A stretch of 64,000 nt of DNA from contig CAILNN010000134.1 in assembly GCA_903835555.1 (NCBI GenBank), positions 13,182 through 77,181 of the forward strand, given 5' to 3'. The stretch is from an uncultured Verrucomicrobiota bacterium (GTDB taxonomy: Bacteria > Verrucomicrobiota > Verrucomicrobiia > Limisphaerales > UBA9464). The notes below the pieces were generated by a model. It saw nothing but the letters and a program-made list of their open reading frames with translations, did not search any database and was not told where the DNA came from. The translations under genes were made by a program, and so were the position numbers. Position 1 is the stretch's first letter, and the number at the start of each line of letters is the position of its first letter. Positions 41,089-50,718 of this stretch are shown here, one piece after another.

Positions 41089-42312
41089 ATGATCCAGGAC
41101 GCAGCGATGATTCAGTCTCCACCGCCTCCTTCCCGACCGTCGCAACCTAAACCGACTTTGCGTACCAAATTGGTTGCTGTTTTGTTTGGGATGTCGATTG
41201 GTGGGATTTTTGGATGGACGTTGATTTCTACTACCAAAGGGCATCTTTTCCCCAGAGCCGTCGTTCCGTTTGTCCTCCTGGTCGAACTGATTCGGATTCC
41301 CATCGCGTGGCTCGCCGCAGTTGCACTTCACGAGGCGGGCCATCTTTTTGGTGGCTGGCTCAATCAAGGCCGTTTCCTCCTTTATATGGTTGGCCCGATA
41401 AAGATTCATCGCACGCCTTCGGGCCTGCGTTGGTGCCGCAATCGGGGAGTCAATGTCCTGGGCGGACTTGCTATGAGCGTCTTGCCCCATAATCGAAGCG
41501 TCAAATCGAGAATGAGAGGACTGGTAGCAGGGGGACCAATTGCAAGTCTAGTCGGTTCCCTGACCGCATTTTTTTGTTGGGTGATGTTGAATAATGTGAG
41601 CGATCGACTTTCGCCGAATCCCATCCTCTTTTTTGCCATCGATTTCGTATTGTGGTTGGCGATTCTTTCTGGATTGAGTTTTTTTATCTCCGCCATTCCT
41701 TTTCAAACCCGGGGTCTCAAATCGGATGGCAAACGATTTCTCGATCTATTGGGTAAGGGCCCAGCCGTCCTGCAGGAAAGCGCATTGCTTGCTCTGACCT
41801 TTGCTTTGATGGGCGGAGTCCGACCACGCGACCTCGATCCGCATCTTGTCTCCTATTCGCTCAATTTGGGCGATGGCTCTGCGAACGACATTTACGCACG
41901 GAATATTGCCGCATCTCATGCTTCCGATCTGGGCGATGCGGTACGTGCACAGAGCTACCTGGATCAGGTTATGGCCAATGAAAAGGTCCTCCCTCAATTT
42001 ATTGCTGATAGTGTCCGAGCCTCCTATGCCATTCTCATCGCAATAAACGGGGGCGACGCCTCCGTAGCGAGGGCTTGGTTGGAGTCGGCTGGAGCTGTGG
42101 AATGGGACCCATCCACCCGCCTGACCGCTGAAGCGGCTGTGCTATTGGCGGAGGGCCATCGAAGCGCAGCGGCGGAAAAGACCCGCGAAGCCTTCAAAGC
42201 TCTCGACCAGAAAACAGCATTGGTCCGCGATCAAGCTCAATTCGAAACCCTCCAGCGATTGCTTGAGGCTGCGACTAAAGACGAAACTTCCGTTCCTGTC
42301 CTAAGGAAGTGA
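41089..42312 (+). CDS. M50/site-2-protease-like membrane metalloprotease with a C-terminal helical-repeat (TPR-like) domain
   Basis: 407 aa with several TM segments. HExxH is in a TM helix (AVALHEAGHLFGG). A second motif, ISAIPFQTRGLKSDG, resembles the S2P NxxPxxxLDG. The C-terminal ~170 aa are soluble and helical. Confidence 0.5.
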   Translation: MIQDAAMIQSPPPPSRPSQPKPTLRTKLVAVLFGMSIGGIFGWTLISTTKGHLFPRAVVPFVLLVELIRIPIAWLAAVALHEAGHLFGGWLNQGRFLLYMVGPIKIHRTPSGLRWCRNRGVNVLGGLAMSVLPHNRSVKSRMRGLVAGGPIASLVGSLTAFFCWVMLNNVSDRLSPNPILFFAIDFVLWLAILSGLSFFISAIPFQTRGLKSDGKRFLDLLGKGPAVLQESALLALTFALMGGVRPRDLDPHLVSYSLNLGDGSANDIYARNIAASHASDLGDAVRAQSYLDQVMANEKVLPQFIADSVRASYAILIAINGGDASVARAWLESAGAVEWDPSTRLTAEAAVLLAEGHRSAAAEKTREAFKALDQKTALVRDQAQFETLQRLLEAATKDETSVPVLRK

Positions 42313-42762
42313 CTGCGAAGCAGTTTTTCCGGGTTACCATAGCCTATGGAACGAATAATTTGGAGCGCAGGTCCTTTGGAGCCAAGGCGTCAAAGTGCTT
42401 GAGGATGTTCATTCGAAGTCATGGAGGTGCACCCCTTCGACAACCCGGGCATCGCGCTCCGCCCTTCCGGATTCGACTGGTTTTTTAGCCCCTTATGACA
42501 TTTGCTGGCATCGTCCCGAACGGGCAGGTCCTGGTTCAGCATGTAACTCATGACTCAAACTGGAAATTTCCTTGCTCCGCGGACGGGACCCGCCAATATC
42601 GCGCCGGTCCTTGGGGCCTGTAGAGGCTTCCAGCAATGCGAAGTGTTTCGAGGTACACGTTCCAGCGTATCCAAAGTACGCAAGGTAGCTGGGTGAGATC
42701 GCTGCGTGCGAGAGAAACAATGGGCATCATTCGGTCTTCAAGTTGGTGTTAGTCAGCGGTTT

Positions 42763-42838
42763 GGGGTCGTAGCTCAGTTGGTAGAGCGTCTCGTTCGCAA
42801 TGAGAAGGTCAGGGGTTCGACTCCCCTCGGCTCCACCA
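42763..42838 (+). tRNA. tRNA-Ala (anticodon CGC), CCA encoded
   Basis: Folded by hand. Acceptor GGGGTCG/CGGCTCC with the Ala identity pair G3:U70. D-arm GCTC AGTTGGTA GAGC. Anticodon stem TCTCG/TGAGA with loop TTCGCAA. T-arm AGGGG TTCGACT CCCCT. Discriminator A followed by CCA. Confidence 0.93.
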
Positions 42839-42957
42839 CTCCCGGAGGAGTGGTGCAAGAGAAGATCATTTCGCCAAACTCGTCCCCGCCCATTGACTGA
42901 TTTCCATTGCATCTTGAGTTGCTGACTTGAACCCTTTTTTGAATCCAAAACCCTGTT

Positions 42958-43419
42958 ATGACCGCTGATGCCCGTTTTGCTGAACTACGTCTCCTCCTTC
43001 CACCTGCGCCCAAACCCGTCGCCATCTACAAACCATTGGTGATCGTCGATTCCATGGTCTACGTCTCCGGCCATGGTCCGGTTCTTCCCGATGGAAGCCT
43101 GATTCGGGGAGTTGTCGGCAAGGATTTAACCTTGGATCAAGGCCATGCGGCAGCTCGTCAGGTCGGGTTGGCCATCCTCGCCACCTTGCGGGACCAGTTG
43201 GTATCCCTGGACCGCATCGGTCGGTTGGTCAAGCTGCTGGGGATGGTGAACTCAGCGCCCGACTTTTATGAACATCCCAGAGTCATCAACGGCTGCAGCG
43301 AATTGTTTGCCGCCGTCTGGGGTGCTGATAGCGGTATTGGCGCTCGAAGTGCAGTCGGTATGGGACCATTGCCCGGCAATATTGCCGTGGAAATCGAGGC
43401 TGTTTTCGAGCTAGCTTGA
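42958..43419 (+). CDS. RidA/YjgF-family reactive-intermediate deaminase
   Basis: 153 aa. The regions VYVSGHGP...G....QGHAAARQVGLAILATLR...ARSAVGMGPLPGNIAVEIEAVFEL are typical of the YjgF/RidA fold. Confidence 0.8.
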   Translation: MTADARFAELRLLLPPAPKPVAIYKPLVIVDSMVYVSGHGPVLPDGSLIRGVVGKDLTLDQGHAAARQVGLAILATLRDQLVSLDRIGRLVKLLGMVNSAPDFYEHPRVINGCSELFAAVWGADSGIGARSAVGMGPLPGNIAVEIEAVFELA

Positions 43420-43440
43420 ACTCATCACGAGGTCGTCGAA

Positions 43441-44571
43441 ATGGATTCGGGGCTTGAAAAAGTAGGAGATTGGTTTGCCGTTCGGAATGTCGCGGATATT
43501 CCATCGCCGACGCTCCTTTTCTTCGCCGAGCGAGTGGATGCAAACTTGGCGTCGATGGTCCAGATAGCCGGGTCCGCTGGACGGCTTTGTCCGCACGTTA
43601 AGACTCACAAGCTGCGACCTCTCCTCGATCGGCAATTGGCCCTGGGAATTCGACGATTCAAGGCGGCGACTCTTGCCGAATGCGAAATGGCGGCGCAGGC
43701 GGGAGCCTCCGAAGTTCTTCTCGCTTATCAATTGGTTGGGCCCGCCATTGGAATGTGGCTGGAGTTGGTTCGTGCCTACCCAACGACCCGATTTGCAAGC
43801 CTGGTTGATGATTCCAGCGCAATCACGGTGTTATCGTCTGCGGCAGCCGCCTCGGGGCTGCGGGTCGACGTGTTGCTTGATTTGGATGTGGGGCAGCATC
43901 GGACTGGGGTTTCGCCCGATTATGCGGCTGAGTCGATGTACGCGGATTTATCCCGGTGTTCTGGCCTGAGACCGGTTGGTCTTCACGCCTACGATGGGCA
44001 CATTCATGAGTCCGACCCGATTCTCCGATCCGTGGCTTGCAATGAAGCGTTCGAGCCGGTGCTAGCCCTGCGTCAGCGGTTGATGAGGCAAGGTCACCTC
44101 GTCAATCGGCTGGTAGCGGGTGGATCCCCGACCTTTCCCATCCACGCACTTCGGGCGGATGTCGAGCTAAGTCCGGGCACTACTGTTTTGTGGGACGCTG
44201 GATATGCCCAAAGGTTTCCCGACCTTCCATTTCTACCGGCAGCCGTTTTGCTGGGGCGGGTGGTCAGTAAACCGTTCCCGGGCCGTCTTTGCCTCGATTT
44301 AGGCCATAAGTCGGTCGCCTCCGAGATGGTCCATCCACGCTTGGAATTTCTGAATTTACCCGAAGCGCGGGCGGTAGCTCACAGCGAAGAGCACTTGGTG
44401 GTAGAATGCTCCGAGGCGGAGAAATGGACCGTCGGCGACGCGGTTTATGCCCTACCAAGGCATATTTGTCCCACGGTGGCTTTGCACGACTCGGTCCATT
44501 GGGTGGAGCGAGGCAGTGTGGTTGAATCGTGGAAAGTAACCGCTCGAACCCGAAGCGTGCTTGAGAAATGA
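43441..44571 (+). CDS. PLP-dependent D-serine dehydratase / D-threonine aldolase-like enzyme (alanine racemase N-terminal fold, DSD1 family)
   Basis: 376 aa. PLP-lysine context PHVKTHKL. TIM-barrel N-domain. C-terminal region HSEEHLVVE...GDAVYALPRHICPTV, typical of the DSD1/D-TA family. Confidence 0.7.
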   Translation: MDSGLEKVGDWFAVRNVADIPSPTLLFFAERVDANLASMVQIAGSAGRLCPHVKTHKLRPLLDRQLALGIRRFKAATLAECEMAAQAGASEVLLAYQLVGPAIGMWLELVRAYPTTRFASLVDDSSAITVLSSAAAASGLRVDVLLDLDVGQHRTGVSPDYAAESMYADLSRCSGLRPVGLHAYDGHIHESDPILRSVACNEAFEPVLALRQRLMRQGHLVNRLVAGGSPTFPIHALRADVELSPGTTVLWDAGYAQRFPDLPFLPAAVLLGRVVSKPFPGRLCLDLGHKSVASEMVHPRLEFLNLPEARAVAHSEEHLVVECSEAEKWTVGDAVYALPRHICPTVALHDSVHWVERGSVVESWKVTARTRSVLEK

Positions 44572-44576
44572 GGTTA

Positions 44577-44594
44577 CACGACACGAGTGTCGTG
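44577..44594. terminator. Perfect palindrome CACGACAC-GA-GTGTCGTG between convergent genes (possible bidirectional terminator hairpin)
   Basis: The 8+8 nt inverted repeat was read directly. It lies 6 nt after the TGA of the DSD1-like gene and 5 nt before the TAG of ftsY. No U-tract is present, so terminator function is uncertain. Confidence 0.3.
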
Positions 44595-44598
44595 ATGG

Positions 44599-45516
44599 CT
44601 ATTCCTTCGAGCTAAACAACGCTTCGGCAAATTCCTTGGCATTGAAGGCGTTCAAATCTTCGGGTTGCTCGCCGACTCCGATGAACTTCACCGGAATACC
44701 CAATTCACGCTGAATCGCCACTACGGCACCACCTTTGCTTGTGCCGTCCAGTTTGGTAATGATCAAACCGGTTAGTTTGACCGCTTTATGGAATTCACGG
44801 GCTTGGTTGAGTGCGTTCATGCCGGTGGAACCATCCAGAACCAACAGGACCTCATGGGGTGCCCCGGGATACTTTTTGTCGATGACTCGATGAACCTTCT
44901 GCAACTCGGCCATCAGATTGTTCTTGGTATGTAATCGTCCGGCGGTATCGATAAACAGCCAGGCAGCCCCCCGAGCTTGGGCGGCGGTGATGGCATCGTG
45001 CGCGACCGAGGCGGGGTCCGCTTCATTGGCACCAGCTATGACAGGGACCCCTAGGCGTGCCCCCCACAGCTTTAGCTGTTCGATTGCCGCTGCACGAAAG
45101 GTGTCGCAGGCCGCGAGAACAGCCGGTTCGCCTTTTTGCTGAAAGAGGTAGGCCAGTTTGGCTGCGGTGGTGGTCTTGCCGGTGCCGTTGACGCCGACAA
45201 TCGAGACTACCGTGACTCCGGCAGGAGCCCGCCGAAGGGCTGGACTGATTTCCGCGAGAGCGGACTCGACCTCGCGAGTGGCAATCTCGATAAAATCCGC
45301 CCCATTCCGCCCCTGGGTTTCAAATGCAGCGCGAGCGGCTTTGAGAATCTGCTGGGTGGTGGCAAAGCCAAGATCTGCCCCAAGGAGGGCACGCTCCAGC
45401 TCCTCCAAGCTTGCCGCAGTCAGGCGCGGGGAGCGCGTGATAATTCGCTTGACTTCGTGCGCAAGAGAAGAGGCCTTTTCGGTAAAGACCTTCTTTAGTT
45501 TATCGAAAAATCCCAC
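44599..45516 (-). CDS. ftsY: Signal recognition particle receptor FtsY (NG domain only)
   Basis: 305 aa. GVNGTGKTTTAAKLA, DTAGRLH, TKLDGTSKGG. Confidence 0.95.
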   Translation of the reverse strand: MGFFDKLKKVFTEKASSLAHEVKRIITRSPRLTAASLEELERALLGADLGFATTQQILKAARAAFETQGRNGADFIEIATREVESALAEISPALRRAPAGVTVVSIVGVNGTGKTTTAAKLAYLFQQKGEPAVLAACDTFRAAAIEQLKLWGARLGVPVIAGANEADPASVAHDAITAAQARGAAWLFIDTAGRLHTKNNLMAELQKVHRVIDKKYPGAPHEVLLVLDGSTGMNALNQAREFHKAVKLTGLIITKLDGTSKGGAVVAIQRELGIPVKFIGVGEQPEDLNAFNAKEFAEALFSSKE

Positions 45517-45522
45517 GTGAGT

Positions 45523-46374
45523 TCAGTTCTGAGTTGAAGAGAATGATGGGGCAGTGCCCTGCCGGTTCCGCTTTTCCTTGAGGGTGGTGACCCGTTGGTA
45601 GGGAACTTTGACACGTCCGATGAGGGGTTGACCCTTGGCTAGCCCATGACAGTCACTGCCACCGGTGGCGGCCAATCCCAGGCTATTGGCCATGCCCTCA
45701 TAGCGTGTGGCGGACTCCAGATTGTGCTTGGTATGCCAGCACTCGATCCCATCAATCCCTTCAGCAGCAATCTGAGGGATCAATTCGTCGTGCTTATACA
45801 GGCCCGGATGTGCCAGGACCGCGACCCCACCAGCACCATGGATTAGGTCAATGGCTTCTCCCGATTCCATCCGCGTCTTTGGTACCCAGGCCGGGCGTCC
45901 CTTCTTGAGATATCGGTCAAAAGCATCATCAAAGTCTTTGCAATAGCCCTCCTGAACCAAGGCCCGGGCAACATGAGGCCTGCCCGGTGCCCGACAATTG
46001 GCGATCTTGAAAACAGTGTCGGCCTCCAGTGGGACACCGCGTTCATTCAAGCGGTGCACCATATCCCGGATGCGATTCATTCGAACAGCCTGAAAACCAG
46101 CCAATCGCGAGGCCAGAGCGGGTGAATTCCCGTCAATCCAGTACCCTAGAATGTGGACCTCGGTCCCGTCATGCTCCGCAGTCAGTTCGGTCCCGGGTAC
46201 GAACTCCAGCCTGCCCAACTCACACGCCTTTGCCATTCGAGGCCATCCTTCGAGAGTGTCATGGTCAGTCAATGCAACGGTGCTGAGTCCATGCTTAACG
46301 GCCTGGTCACAGATTTCCTCAGGCGTAAAAGTCCCGTCCGAATAGTGTGAGTGGAGATGCAGGTCGGCGTACAT
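45523..46374 (-). CDS. PHP-domain metal-dependent phosphoesterase (TrpH/YciV-like)
   Basis: 283 aa starting MYADLHLHSHYSDGTFTPEE, followed by ALTDHDT and GGSDCHG. Confidence 0.85.
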   Translation of the reverse strand: MYADLHLHSHYSDGTFTPEEICDQAVKHGLSTVALTDHDTLEGWPRMAKACELGRLEFVPGTELTAEHDGTEVHILGYWIDGNSPALASRLAGFQAVRMNRIRDMVHRLNERGVPLEADTVFKIANCRAPGRPHVARALVQEGYCKDFDDAFDRYLKKGRPAWVPKTRMESGEAIDLIHGAGGVAVLAHPGLYKHDELIPQIAAEGIDGIECWHTKHNLESATRYEGMANSLGLAATGGSDCHGLAKGQPLIGRVKVPYQRVTTLKEKRNRQGTAPSFSSTQN

Positions 46375-46399
46375 GGCAGGTCACGGGAAGGATTCTTTT

Positions 46400-46915
46400 T
46401 CAGACTGCGGAGCCGTCGCGTGCCGTGCGGGCGGGTCGCTGCAGTTCGGCTTTCACGCGGTCCAAAATTCCATTGACAAAGCGTCCACTCTCCTCGGTTG
46501 AAAAGCGTTTGGCTATGTCCACGGCTTCGTTGATCGAAACCACCGGCGGGATATCATCGCGAAATAGCATCTCGTAGATGCCCAATCGCATGACATTGCG
46601 GTCTACAACGGCCATGCGGTGGAGGTCCCAATTCAAGGCATGCTTCCGGATAATCTCGTCCAGTTGATCTCGCCGCTCCAGGACTCCTCGTACCAGTGTA
46701 TCAGCAAACATACGCATGGCGAGGTCATCGACGGTGGCCGGTGGAAGCTCGGGCGAATGGCCGTAGGTAGGACCAGTTTGGGTTTCAAGTAGCGCATTCA
46801 ACCGCTGGCTGTCCCAAAACTGATCGAGCGCCGCCTGAAGATTTTCAGGCGGATTTAGGTCGTTTTGAAATAGAAATTGTACTGCCCGTTCACGGGCTTC
46901 CCGCCGCCGCCGCAT
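46400..46915 (-). CDS. nusB: Transcription antitermination factor NusB
   Basis: 171 aa. RRREARERAVQFLFQ...VDRNVMRLGIYEML...PPVVSINEAVDIAKRFSTEESGRFVNGILD. Confidence 0.9.
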   Translation of the reverse strand: MRRRREARERAVQFLFQNDLNPPENLQAALDQFWDSQRLNALLETQTGPTYGHSPELPPATVDDLAMRMFADTLVRGVLERRDQLDEIIRKHALNWDLHRMAVVDRNVMRLGIYEMLFRDDIPPVVSINEAVDIAKRFSTEESGRFVNGILDRVKAELQRPARTARDGSAV

Positions 46916-46960
46916 CGTGGCATTCTGTTCTGGAACCGCAGGTTCCCCAAGAACATTCTG

Positions 46961-47878
46961 TCAACGTTTCATGGTCAAAGCCAACACACCCGCCACGGCA
47001 AGGCATCCCCCAAATAACGAACGGCGGCTTGCCCATTCGCCATCAATCCTTCTGGCCAACGGGATAACAGCGAGTGGAGTGAGCGAGGTGATGGACAGAA
47101 CCACGCCAGTGGGCTGGTGTTTCAGCGCCCATTGGTAGCAGGCAACCCCTAGAAATGGACCCGAAACGCCATTCAAGACCACCCACATGACCGTCGGTAC
47201 CCGGTGGTGCCGAGGAGTCGGGAGGACGGGCGTCGCGGATGACCACCAAGATTGTATTGACCACCAGATTGCCCCGAAAATGGCACCAGCCACGATCCGC
47301 TGGTACGAAACGGAAAACGGATCGATGGGGAATCCGGCTTTAGCCGAGATCGATTGGCCATGCCGACTGATGACAGCCCCCAAGGCTTGTCCGAATGCCG
47401 CCAAGACTGCCAACCCGAGGGCCAGTCGACGGTGCGAATGGGAGGGCGACAAAGGAGCCGGAATGGAGGACGTCCGATCGGGGATGAGCGCTACAGCCAC
47501 GCCTACGAGAATCATTAAACTGGACCCAATCTGCCTCGGACCAAGGTGGGTATCCAGCCAAAGCCATTCGGTTATGGCAGCAAAGGGTGCCGCCAAGCAT
47601 TGCACCATGAGACTCGTTAGCCGCGCACCCAGCCGAGGGAGAGCCAGGAAGAGTGCGGTATCACAAACCCCGTAGCCGATAATCCCGCTCAACAGAAACC
47701 AGGGAAGGGAAGGTCCCCGAAATCCGACTCCCCATCCGTGGGCACAAATACCCAAAAGCGTGGTTGCAAGGAGTAGTCGGTACAAATTGGCGGTAGAAGA
47801 GCCAAGACGTTGGACCGATTGTTTGGCGGTGACCGACGATGTGGCGAAGAGGAACGTCGCCAAAATGGCACCGATCAT
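46961..47878 (-). CDS. DMT-superfamily (EamA-like) transporter
   Basis: 305 aa with about 10 predicted TM helices in two similar halves. The start makes an ATGA overlap with the rpe stop. Confidence 0.7.
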   Translation of the reverse strand: MIGAILATFLFATSSVTAKQSVQRLGSSTANLYRLLLATTLLGICAHGWGVGFRGPSLPWFLLSGIIGYGVCDTALFLALPRLGARLTSLMVQCLAAPFAAITEWLWLDTHLGPRQIGSSLMILVGVAVALIPDRTSSIPAPLSPSHSHRRLALGLAVLAAFGQALGAVISRHGQSISAKAGFPIDPFSVSYQRIVAGAIFGAIWWSIQSWWSSATPVLPTPRHHRVPTVMWVVLNGVSGPFLGVACYQWALKHQPTGVVLSITSLTPLAVIPLARRIDGEWASRRSLFGGCLAVAGVLALTMKR

Positions 47879-48552
47879 GGGATGGGTAAATGACCACCTT
47901 CGGCGGCGGTCAATTTGCGCATACGCCGGACGGCCGCTCCAAGATTGGGCTTCTTAAAAAGGGCAGTACCGGAAACAAATGTGTCGGCACCTGCTCGGGC
48001 ACATTCCTTGGCCGTGGTATCGTTGATGCCTCCATCCACTTCAATGCGATAGCGATGCCCTTCCTGGCGGCGCCAGATTGCCGCTTGCTGAATTTTGGGC
48101 ACGCATTCTTCAATAAACGGCTGGCCCCCAAAACCCGGATTCACCGTCATGATCAACAGAACATCGATCTGCGGCAGGTACTTTTTGACTTCGGAAATAT
48201 TGGTCGGCGGATTGATCGCCAAACCAACTTTTTTTCCAAGCGAACGAATTTTCCACAGCAGAGGCGTTACTCGGTCGTGCAGTTCCACATGGACCGTCAG
48301 TCCATCTGAACCCGCCTGAACAAACGGTTCGAGTAGTATCTCAGGCTGATCACACATGAGGTGCACATCCAGGAAACGAGTGAAATGGTCTCGAACTACT
48401 CTCACAACCTCGGGGCCAAAGGAAATGTTGGGCACGAAGTGTCCGTCCATAATATCGAGATGGAGCCATTCAGCTCCCGATCGATCAGCCCGGGCGGCTT
48501 CAGCGGCGAATCGCCCAAAATCGGACGCAAGAAGGGAAGGGGCAATAACCAT
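47875..48552 (-). CDS. rpe: Ribulose-phosphate 3-epimerase
   Basis: The ATG at 48552 gives MVIAPSLLASDF...LHLDIMDGHFVPNISFG...VHLM...MTVNPGFGGQ..DGG. Confidence 0.95.
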   Translation of the reverse strand: MVIAPSLLASDFGRFAAEAARADRSGAEWLHLDIMDGHFVPNISFGPEVVRVVRDHFTRFLDVHLMCDQPEILLEPFVQAGSDGLTVHVELHDRVTPLLWKIRSLGKKVGLAINPPTNISEVKKYLPQIDVLLIMTVNPGFGGQPFIEECVPKIQQAAIWRRQEGHRYRIEVDGGINDTTAKECARAGADTFVSGTALFKKPNLGAAVRRMRKLTAAEGGHLPIP

Positions 48553-48647
48553 GTGATGTCCAGCTTGCTGAGCTGCGGCAAATTGAAAAGGAAAAGCCCA
48601 GGAAGAACGATTTCCCGGGCTCAAAAAAGTGACGACTGGATTGCGAA

Positions 48648-50660
48648 TCAGGCCGCTGCTGGAGAAGCCGTACCAAAGCCGGGAAGCTTGGGCGGCAACG
48701 GTTTGATGACTTCAGGTAGTGGGGTTGAAGCTTGAGCTCCGGCTGGAGGATCAATATCGCCCGGTTTGACCGGTGGCGGCGTAAACCGACCGGATTGCAC
48801 GATCTCGGAAACCTGGTTTCCATCCAAGGTCTCATATTCCAGCAGGGCCTTGGCGATGATTTCCAGTTTATCGCGGTACTGCTGAATGATGTTCCGAGCG
48901 GTCTCAAATCCGTTATCGACGATCTGTTTCACTTCCGTATCGATCATTTGGGCAGTGGATTCGCTGTAATCCTTGGAGCGACCCATGTCGCGACCCATGA
49001 AAACATACTCTTGAGCATCTCCATATTGGACCATCCCCAAGCGGTCACTCATTCCATAATGGCAAACCATGGCGCGTGCCATAGCGGTTGCCTGCTGGAT
49101 ATCGCCCGCAGCACCGGAAGAAATGTCGTGCGTGACCAATTCCTCGGCAATTCGACCGGCCATGGTGACGGCCATCAGGGCTTGCAACTCTTTCCGTTTC
49201 CGAACCAGCAAGTCTTCTTTTGGAAGCCACATGGTTGTTCCAAGCGCTTGCCCTCGGGGAATGATAGTCACCTTGTGCAGCGGATGGGTGTGCTCAAGAA
49301 CAACATTGACCAAGGCATGTCCGGCCTCATGCCAAGCGGTCGCCTGCTTTTCCTGGTCGGTCATCGCCAAGCTGCGGCGCTCCCGGCCCCAGCGAACCTT
49401 GTCGCGTGCCTCTTCCAGCTCAACCATGGTCACTGATTTCTTGCCGGCACTGGCCGCTATGAGAGCCGCTTCATTGAGAAGGTTTGCCAGCTCAGCTCCT
49501 GAAAATCCCGGCGTCCCACGGGCAATAATCGAAAGGTCCACATCTGACGCCAGCTTGACGTTCTTGGAGTGGACCTTGAGGATGGCCTCGCGCCCACGGA
49601 CGTCAGGTAGGTTGACGGTTACTTGCCGATCAAATCGCCCGGGACGCAGAAGCGCTGGATCAAGGACATCGGGGCGGTTGGTGGCTGCGATGATAATGAT
49701 ACCTTCGGTTGTATCGAATCCATCCATCTCAACCAGCAAAGCGTTCAGCGTCTGCTCCCGCTCATCATTCCCGCCACCCATGCCGTGGCCACGCGAACGA
49801 CCGACAGCATCAATTTCATCAATAAAGATCAGGCAGGGCGTGTTCTTCCGAGCCTGCTCAAACATGTCGCGAACGCGGCTTGCTCCTACGCCGACAAACA
49901 TTTCCACGAAATCGGACCCGCTGATGCTGAAAAAGCTGGCATCCGCTTCGCCAGCGATAGCCTTGGCCAACAGTGTTTTTCCCGTTCCTGGAGGCCCCAC
50001 CATCAATATCCCTTTTGGAATTCGACCTCCCAATCGCTGAAATTTCTTGGGGTCTTTCAGAAATTCGACCAGTTCCGACACCTCTTCTTTGGCTTCGTCG
50101 ACTCCGGCAACGTCTTTGAAGGTTGTTTTATTCCGTTCTTTGGAAAGGAGGCGCGCCTTTGACTTCCCAAAATTCATCGCCCCGCGACCAGCCGCTTTAA
50201 TCTGCCGGATGAAAAAGAACCAAACCAAAAATCCCAGAAAAGCTGCCGGAAGGAGAGTGCCCAGGACCAGTTTAATCGCCCAATCGTTCACCTCCACTGC
50301 TTTTAGCGGCGATCTCATCTGCAAGGTCTGCAGGTCAGGGTCGGTGAGGTATGCTTTGGTAATAAACGGCACGGAGTTGGTCTTCCCTTCTGCGACCTTG
50401 CGATATTTGCCCCGGACCTCCCGAATTCCCTGCGGTTGCTGAGAAATATTGATTTCTCCGCTTTCGACCAAGTTAGCATCCACCAGATCAAACAGGGCGC
50501 GATAGCTGATTTCTTCCGGATGAGTCGGCAGTGACCACGTTCGATTGAGCAAATACAAGAACGGAAGTAAAGTAATGATGGCGATCCAGACAAGCCATGT
50601 TCGCGGCTGCAGACTGTTTCCTCCTCCTGGATTCCGATTATTTTCCGATTCTTCTGCCAT
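48648..50660 (-). CDS. ftsH: ATP-dependent zinc metalloprotease FtsH
   Basis: 670 aa with two N-terminal TM segments. AAA+ Walker [14 protein letters not shown], second region of homology, and zinc site HEAGHAL. Confidence 0.97.
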   Translation of the reverse strand: MAEESENNRNPGGGNSLQPRTWLVWIAIITLLPFLYLLNRTWSLPTHPEEISYRALFDLVDANLVESGEINISQQPQGIREVRGKYRKVAEGKTNSVPFITKAYLTDPDLQTLQMRSPLKAVEVNDWAIKLVLGTLLPAAFLGFLVWFFFIRQIKAAGRGAMNFGKSKARLLSKERNKTTFKDVAGVDEAKEEVSELVEFLKDPKKFQRLGGRIPKGILMVGPPGTGKTLLAKAIAGEADASFFSISGSDFVEMFVGVGASRVRDMFEQARKNTPCLIFIDEIDAVGRSRGHGMGGGNDEREQTLNALLVEMDGFDTTEGIIIIAATNRPDVLDPALLRPGRFDRQVTVNLPDVRGREAILKVHSKNVKLASDVDLSIIARGTPGFSGAELANLLNEAALIAASAGKKSVTMVELEEARDKVRWGRERRSLAMTDQEKQATAWHEAGHALVNVVLEHTHPLHKVTIIPRGQALGTTMWLPKEDLLVRKRKELQALMAVTMAGRIAEELVTHDISSGAAGDIQQATAMARAMVCHYGMSDRLGMVQYGDAQEYVFMGRDMGRSKDYSESTAQMIDTEVKQIVDNGFETARNIIQQYRDKLEIIAKALLEYETLDGNQVSEIVQSGRFTPPPVKPGDIDPPAGAQASTPLPEVIKPLPPKLPGFGTASPAAA

Positions 50661-50718
50661 AGCGACTCAAACCGCAAACTAACAGCGGTAACCTCATGCG
50701 CAAGGACGGTTTGCAATC

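Noticed and set aside
42493-42730. Two overlapping minus-strand ORFs (75 and 60 aa) in the spacer before tRNA-Ala, and the plus-strand ORF 42706..42900 and minus-strand ORFs 42727..43025 across the tRNA.
   Set aside because: No motifs, unusual composition and mutually overlapping frames. The latter group overlaps a confidently folded tRNA.
42763-44571. A tRNA-Ala-linked genomic island or integrative element.
   Set aside because: There is no integrase, no repeat of the tRNA 3' end downstream and no compositional shift visible. The flanking genes (RidA, DSD1-like, ftsY) look like ordinary chromosomal genes.
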